Part shown: positions 61,420-64,000 of the stretch, one piece after another | Layout of the letters: each line of letters opens with the position of its first letter | Numbering within the stretch: the stretch's first letter is position 1 | Source: Salinispira sp. | GTDB taxonomy: Bacteria > Spirochaetota > Spirochaetia > DSM-27196 > Salinispiraceae | Direction: 5' to 3' | Assembly: GCA_965226555.1 (NCBI GenBank) | Contig: CBDDDG010000012.1 | Location: 1 to 64,000 of the forward strand | Length of the DNA: 64,000 nt | Notes under the pieces: generated by a model | Databases searched by the model: none | The model's input: the letters and a program-made list of their open reading frames with translations, nothing else | What the model was told of the DNA's origin: nothing | Made by a program: the position numbers and the translations under genes

Positions 61420-62700
61420 ATGCCGAAAATAGAAGGATTCCGGGTCAGGAATTATCGAACATTGAAAGATGTCGCACTGGGGCGCTTTTGGAATCAGCAA
61501 AAAACCGCTCCCCTCACTCCACTGACGGCGGTCATAGGAAAAAACGGCGTGGGCAAGAGCACATTGTTCGATTCCTTTGGCTTTCTCGCAGATTGCCTGA
61601 AAAATGGCGTTGAAGAGGCCTGCGATTCGCGCAATAGAGGCGGTTTCGACAAAATTCGCTCGCAGGGAAGTACCGATCCAATTAAATTTGAAATTTATTA
61701 TAAAGAAGATGGTAATGCCCGTCCCATTACCTATCTATTATCCATTGATCAGGATAAAGCCGGCCGACCGTATGTTCTTGCAGAAGCACTTTGGCAGTAC
61801 TCTCAAGGACAAAAAAGTGTAAAGATACTTTCGTTTCTGTTTTTTAATGAGGGAAGGGGACTTGTCTGGAAAGGTGATGAAGCGAAAGGCGATATGAATA
61901 GTCAAGATTTAATCCATGCTATAAATGATCTTGAAGTTAGGGCAGAGCTTATAGAATCAGAGAAACTCGAATTCGTTGAGCTTGAAGATCATCGCAGGCT
62001 GGGCATTGCGACCTTCGGATATTTGAAACAACACCCGCGAATTTCCGCGCTCCGACGTTTCATTGAAGGCTGGTATGTAAGTTATTTTACCCCCGATGCC
62101 TCGCGAAGTTTGCCCCTCGCCGGGCCCCAGAAACATCTGAATATTCATGGAGACAACCTTGGAAATGTCGTTCAGTTCATGGAACGCGAACATCCCAAAC
62201 GATTCCAAAGCATTCTCAACAACATTGCAAATAAAATACCCGGCATACACAATATCGACACCGAAAAAACCAGCGATGGAAGGCTTTTACTCCGCTTTAA
62301 CGACAAAGGTTTTAACGATCCATTTTATGCTCAGCACATGTCAGACGGCACATTGAAGGTGTTTGCGTATCTCCTGTTGTTGGAAGACCCCTCCCCGCCG
62401 CCTTTTTTATGTATTGAGGAACCTGAGAATGGACTGTATCACAAGCTTCTCGAAAATTTGGCAGAAGGATTTCGCGCCCACGCGACAGGCAGGAAGGGGA
62501 GCTCTCAGATCTTCATTACGACTCATCAGCCGTATTTTGTTAATGCTCTGAATCCCAATGAAGTCTGGATACTCGAAAAAGGAAGCGATGGGTTCTCCTC
62601 CATCCGCAGGGCAAGTGATAATGAACTTGTAAGAAATATGGTTGCTGAGGGACTACCTTTAGGCGGTTTGTGGTACAGCGAGTATTTGGATGCGGAGTGA
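61420..62700 (+). CDS. AAA_21/AbiEii-like ABC ATPase
   Basis: GKNGVGKS, MSDGT, IEEPENGL, ITTHQP. Confidence 0.9.
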   Translation: MPKIEGFRVRNYRTLKDVALGRFWNQQKTAPLTPLTAVIGKNGVGKSTLFDSFGFLADCLKNGVEEACDSRNRGGFDKIRSQGSTDPIKFEIYYKEDGNARPITYLLSIDQDKAGRPYVLAEALWQYSQGQKSVKILSFLFFNEGRGLVWKGDEAKGDMNSQDLIHAINDLEVRAELIESEKLEFVELEDHRRLGIATFGYLKQHPRISALRRFIEGWYVSYFTPDASRSLPLAGPQKHLNIHGDNLGNVVQFMEREHPKRFQSILNNIANKIPGIHNIDTEKTSDGRLLLRFNDKGFNDPFYAQHMSDGTLKVFAYLLLLEDPSPPPFLCIEEPENGLYHKLLENLAEGFRAHATGRKGSSQIFITTHQPYFVNALNPNEVWILEKGSDGFSSIRRASDNELVRNMVAEGLPLGGLWYSEYLDAE

Positions 62701-62709
62701 GCGAATACC

Positions 62710-63447
62710 ATGGCAGATAATCGCGCAGAACTGTATATAGTGGCAACTCCCATCGGAAACCTTAACGACATTACGTTGCGGGCGCTTGAGACGCTGCGGT
62801 CGGTAGATGTCATTGCCTGTGAAGATACCCGCCACAGTCTCCGCCTGCTGAACGCTCACGGCATCAGCAAGCCGCTCATTTCCTGCCGAGCGCATAATGA
62901 GTCGGCAGCTGTCAGACAGATTATTTCGCGGCTTGAAGCGGGTGAGAACATTGCATTTGTAAGCGATGCGGGAACTCCCGGCATCAGCGACCCGGGCACC
63001 CTGCTGGTGCGGAAGGTTCGGGATGAAGGATTCAGAGTAGTTCCCATTCCGGGTGCTTCGGCGCTCAGCGCCATTATGAGTATAAGCGGATTTTCAGGAA
63101 AGCGGGTTATTTTTGAAGGATTTCTGAGTCCTAAGAGCGGAAAAAGAAAAAAACAGATTAAGGACTTGCTTGAAATGGATTCTTCCTTTATACTTTATGA
63201 GTCGCCATTCAGAATAGTAAAGTTGCTTGCCGATATGGCAGAATTGTGTCTGCAACGTTCTGAAAACAGAAAAATACTCTGCGGCAGGGAGCTGACAAAG
63301 GTATACGAAGAGGTTCTGGAAGGACATGCCGATGAGTTATATAATATACTTGCGGCACGACCATCAATAAAGGGAGAGTTTGTTGTGCTTGTGTCATCGC
63401 CAATGCGCTTGCCATCAACATCGCCGCTACCATCGGCATCCCCATAA
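62710..63447 (+). CDS. rsmI: 16S rRNA C1402 2'-O-methyltransferase
   Basis: VATPIGNL, ACEDTR, SDAGTPGISDPG, YESPFR, RELTK. Confidence 0.97.
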   Translation: MADNRAELYIVATPIGNLNDITLRALETLRSVDVIACEDTRHSLRLLNAHGISKPLISCRAHNESAAVRQIISRLEAGENIAFVSDAGTPGISDPGTLLVRKVRDEGFRVVPIPGASALSAIMSISGFSGKRVIFEGFLSPKSGKRKKQIKDLLEMDSSFILYESPFRIVKLLADMAELCLQRSENRKILCGRELTKVYEEVLEGHADELYNILAARPSIKGEFVVLVSSPMRLPSTSPLPSASP

Positions 63448-63506
63448 AAGGAACTTAATATTTTACCCCCGGGAGCCGATAGTATTATTGAGAGGAAGTA
63501 TTAATT

Positions 63507-63791
63507 ATGAGTATTGAAGGGCTTGGTCCATTAGACCCTGTGTCTCCATACAAGAAAAATCAGAAACCTTCTCCAGTTGATACCGAAAATAGTAAGGATT
63601 CCATATCCTTATCCGCTGAGGCAAAGCACAAAGCCGAAATGCTCAAAACTTCAGAAGAAGTACACATGGCCCCCGACATTCGTGAAGACCGCATTGCGGA
63701 AGTGCGGGAAAAACTCAAGGATCCTTCCTACATTAACAAGGCTGTTATTGATGAAGTTGCGGAAAAAATTGTGAATATGTTTAAAATATAA
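63507..63791 (+). CDS. flgM: anti-sigma28 factor FlgM
   Basis: DSISLSAEA, PDIREDRIAEVREKL..Y..VAEKI. Confidence 0.85.
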   Translation: MSIEGLGPLDPVSPYKKNQKPSPVDTENSKDSISLSAEAKHKAEMLKTSEEVHMAPDIREDRIAEVREKLKDPSYINKAVIDEVAEKIVNMFKI

Positions 63792-63844
63792 CAAAGTTTT
63801 GCTGCTGAAATTGTGCTCTGCAAAACTTTATCAATGCAAAACTT

Positions 63845-64000
63845 TTACGGTTTTTGCTTCCCTTCAGCAACCTTCATGCCATTGACATAGGCTTCAAAAC
63901 GAATTTCTGCGCAATGCCTGAGTGTATGTGCCACCGCGCAGTAATCATTAAGAGACAGTTCAATACTCCGTACAATTTTTTTCGGATCAAGGGCAGAATC
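63845..64000 (-). CDS. 3' end of a probable OsmC-family protein
   Basis: Translates ...KKIVRSIELSLNDYCAVAHTLR...KP-stop. Confidence 0.65.
   Translation of the reverse strand, partial: DSALDPKKIVRSIELSLNDYCAVAHTLRHCAEIRFEAYVNGMKVAEGKQKP

Overview
Bacterial chromosomal window, most likely from a spirochaete (spirochaete-type lipoprotein signal peptides, flgM, pyrG-lptCAB, ymdB, an FlgD-Ig-tailed giant surface protein), probably host-associated (inference). Intact housekeeping genes (glpK, thyX, pyrG, lptCAB, lipB, ftsK, aroD-aroE fusion, serA, aspS, rsmI, flgM) are interleaved with a dynamic accessory layer. That layer holds four FN3 + DUF285/BspA-like repeat lipoproteins with variable C-terminal domains, one interrupted at a G9 tract. 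It holds five Rpn-family nuclease genes, each with an internal RBS+ATG for a small C-terminal protein and with swapped tails. It also has two type II R-M loci plus a methyltransferase relic, an orphan AAA ATPase, three IS families (two apparently identical IS3 copies, an IS481, a DDE element and its deletion derivatives) and two families of short palindromic repeats. One repeat family has a copy with a 6-bp target duplication and another copy inserted in-frame into lptA. Best candidates for new biology: (i) an AT-rich two-gene cassette with a 189-aa protein bearing an isoprenoid-synthase/prenyltransferase-like motif and a C-terminal Trp, next to a multi-TM LuxR one-component sensor; (ii) the modular Rpn toxin/intragenic-antitoxin array; (iii) the VLR-like variable lipoprotein family. 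No rRNA, tRNA, CRISPR or reverse transcriptase was recognised. Family names come from motif recognition by eye, not database searches.
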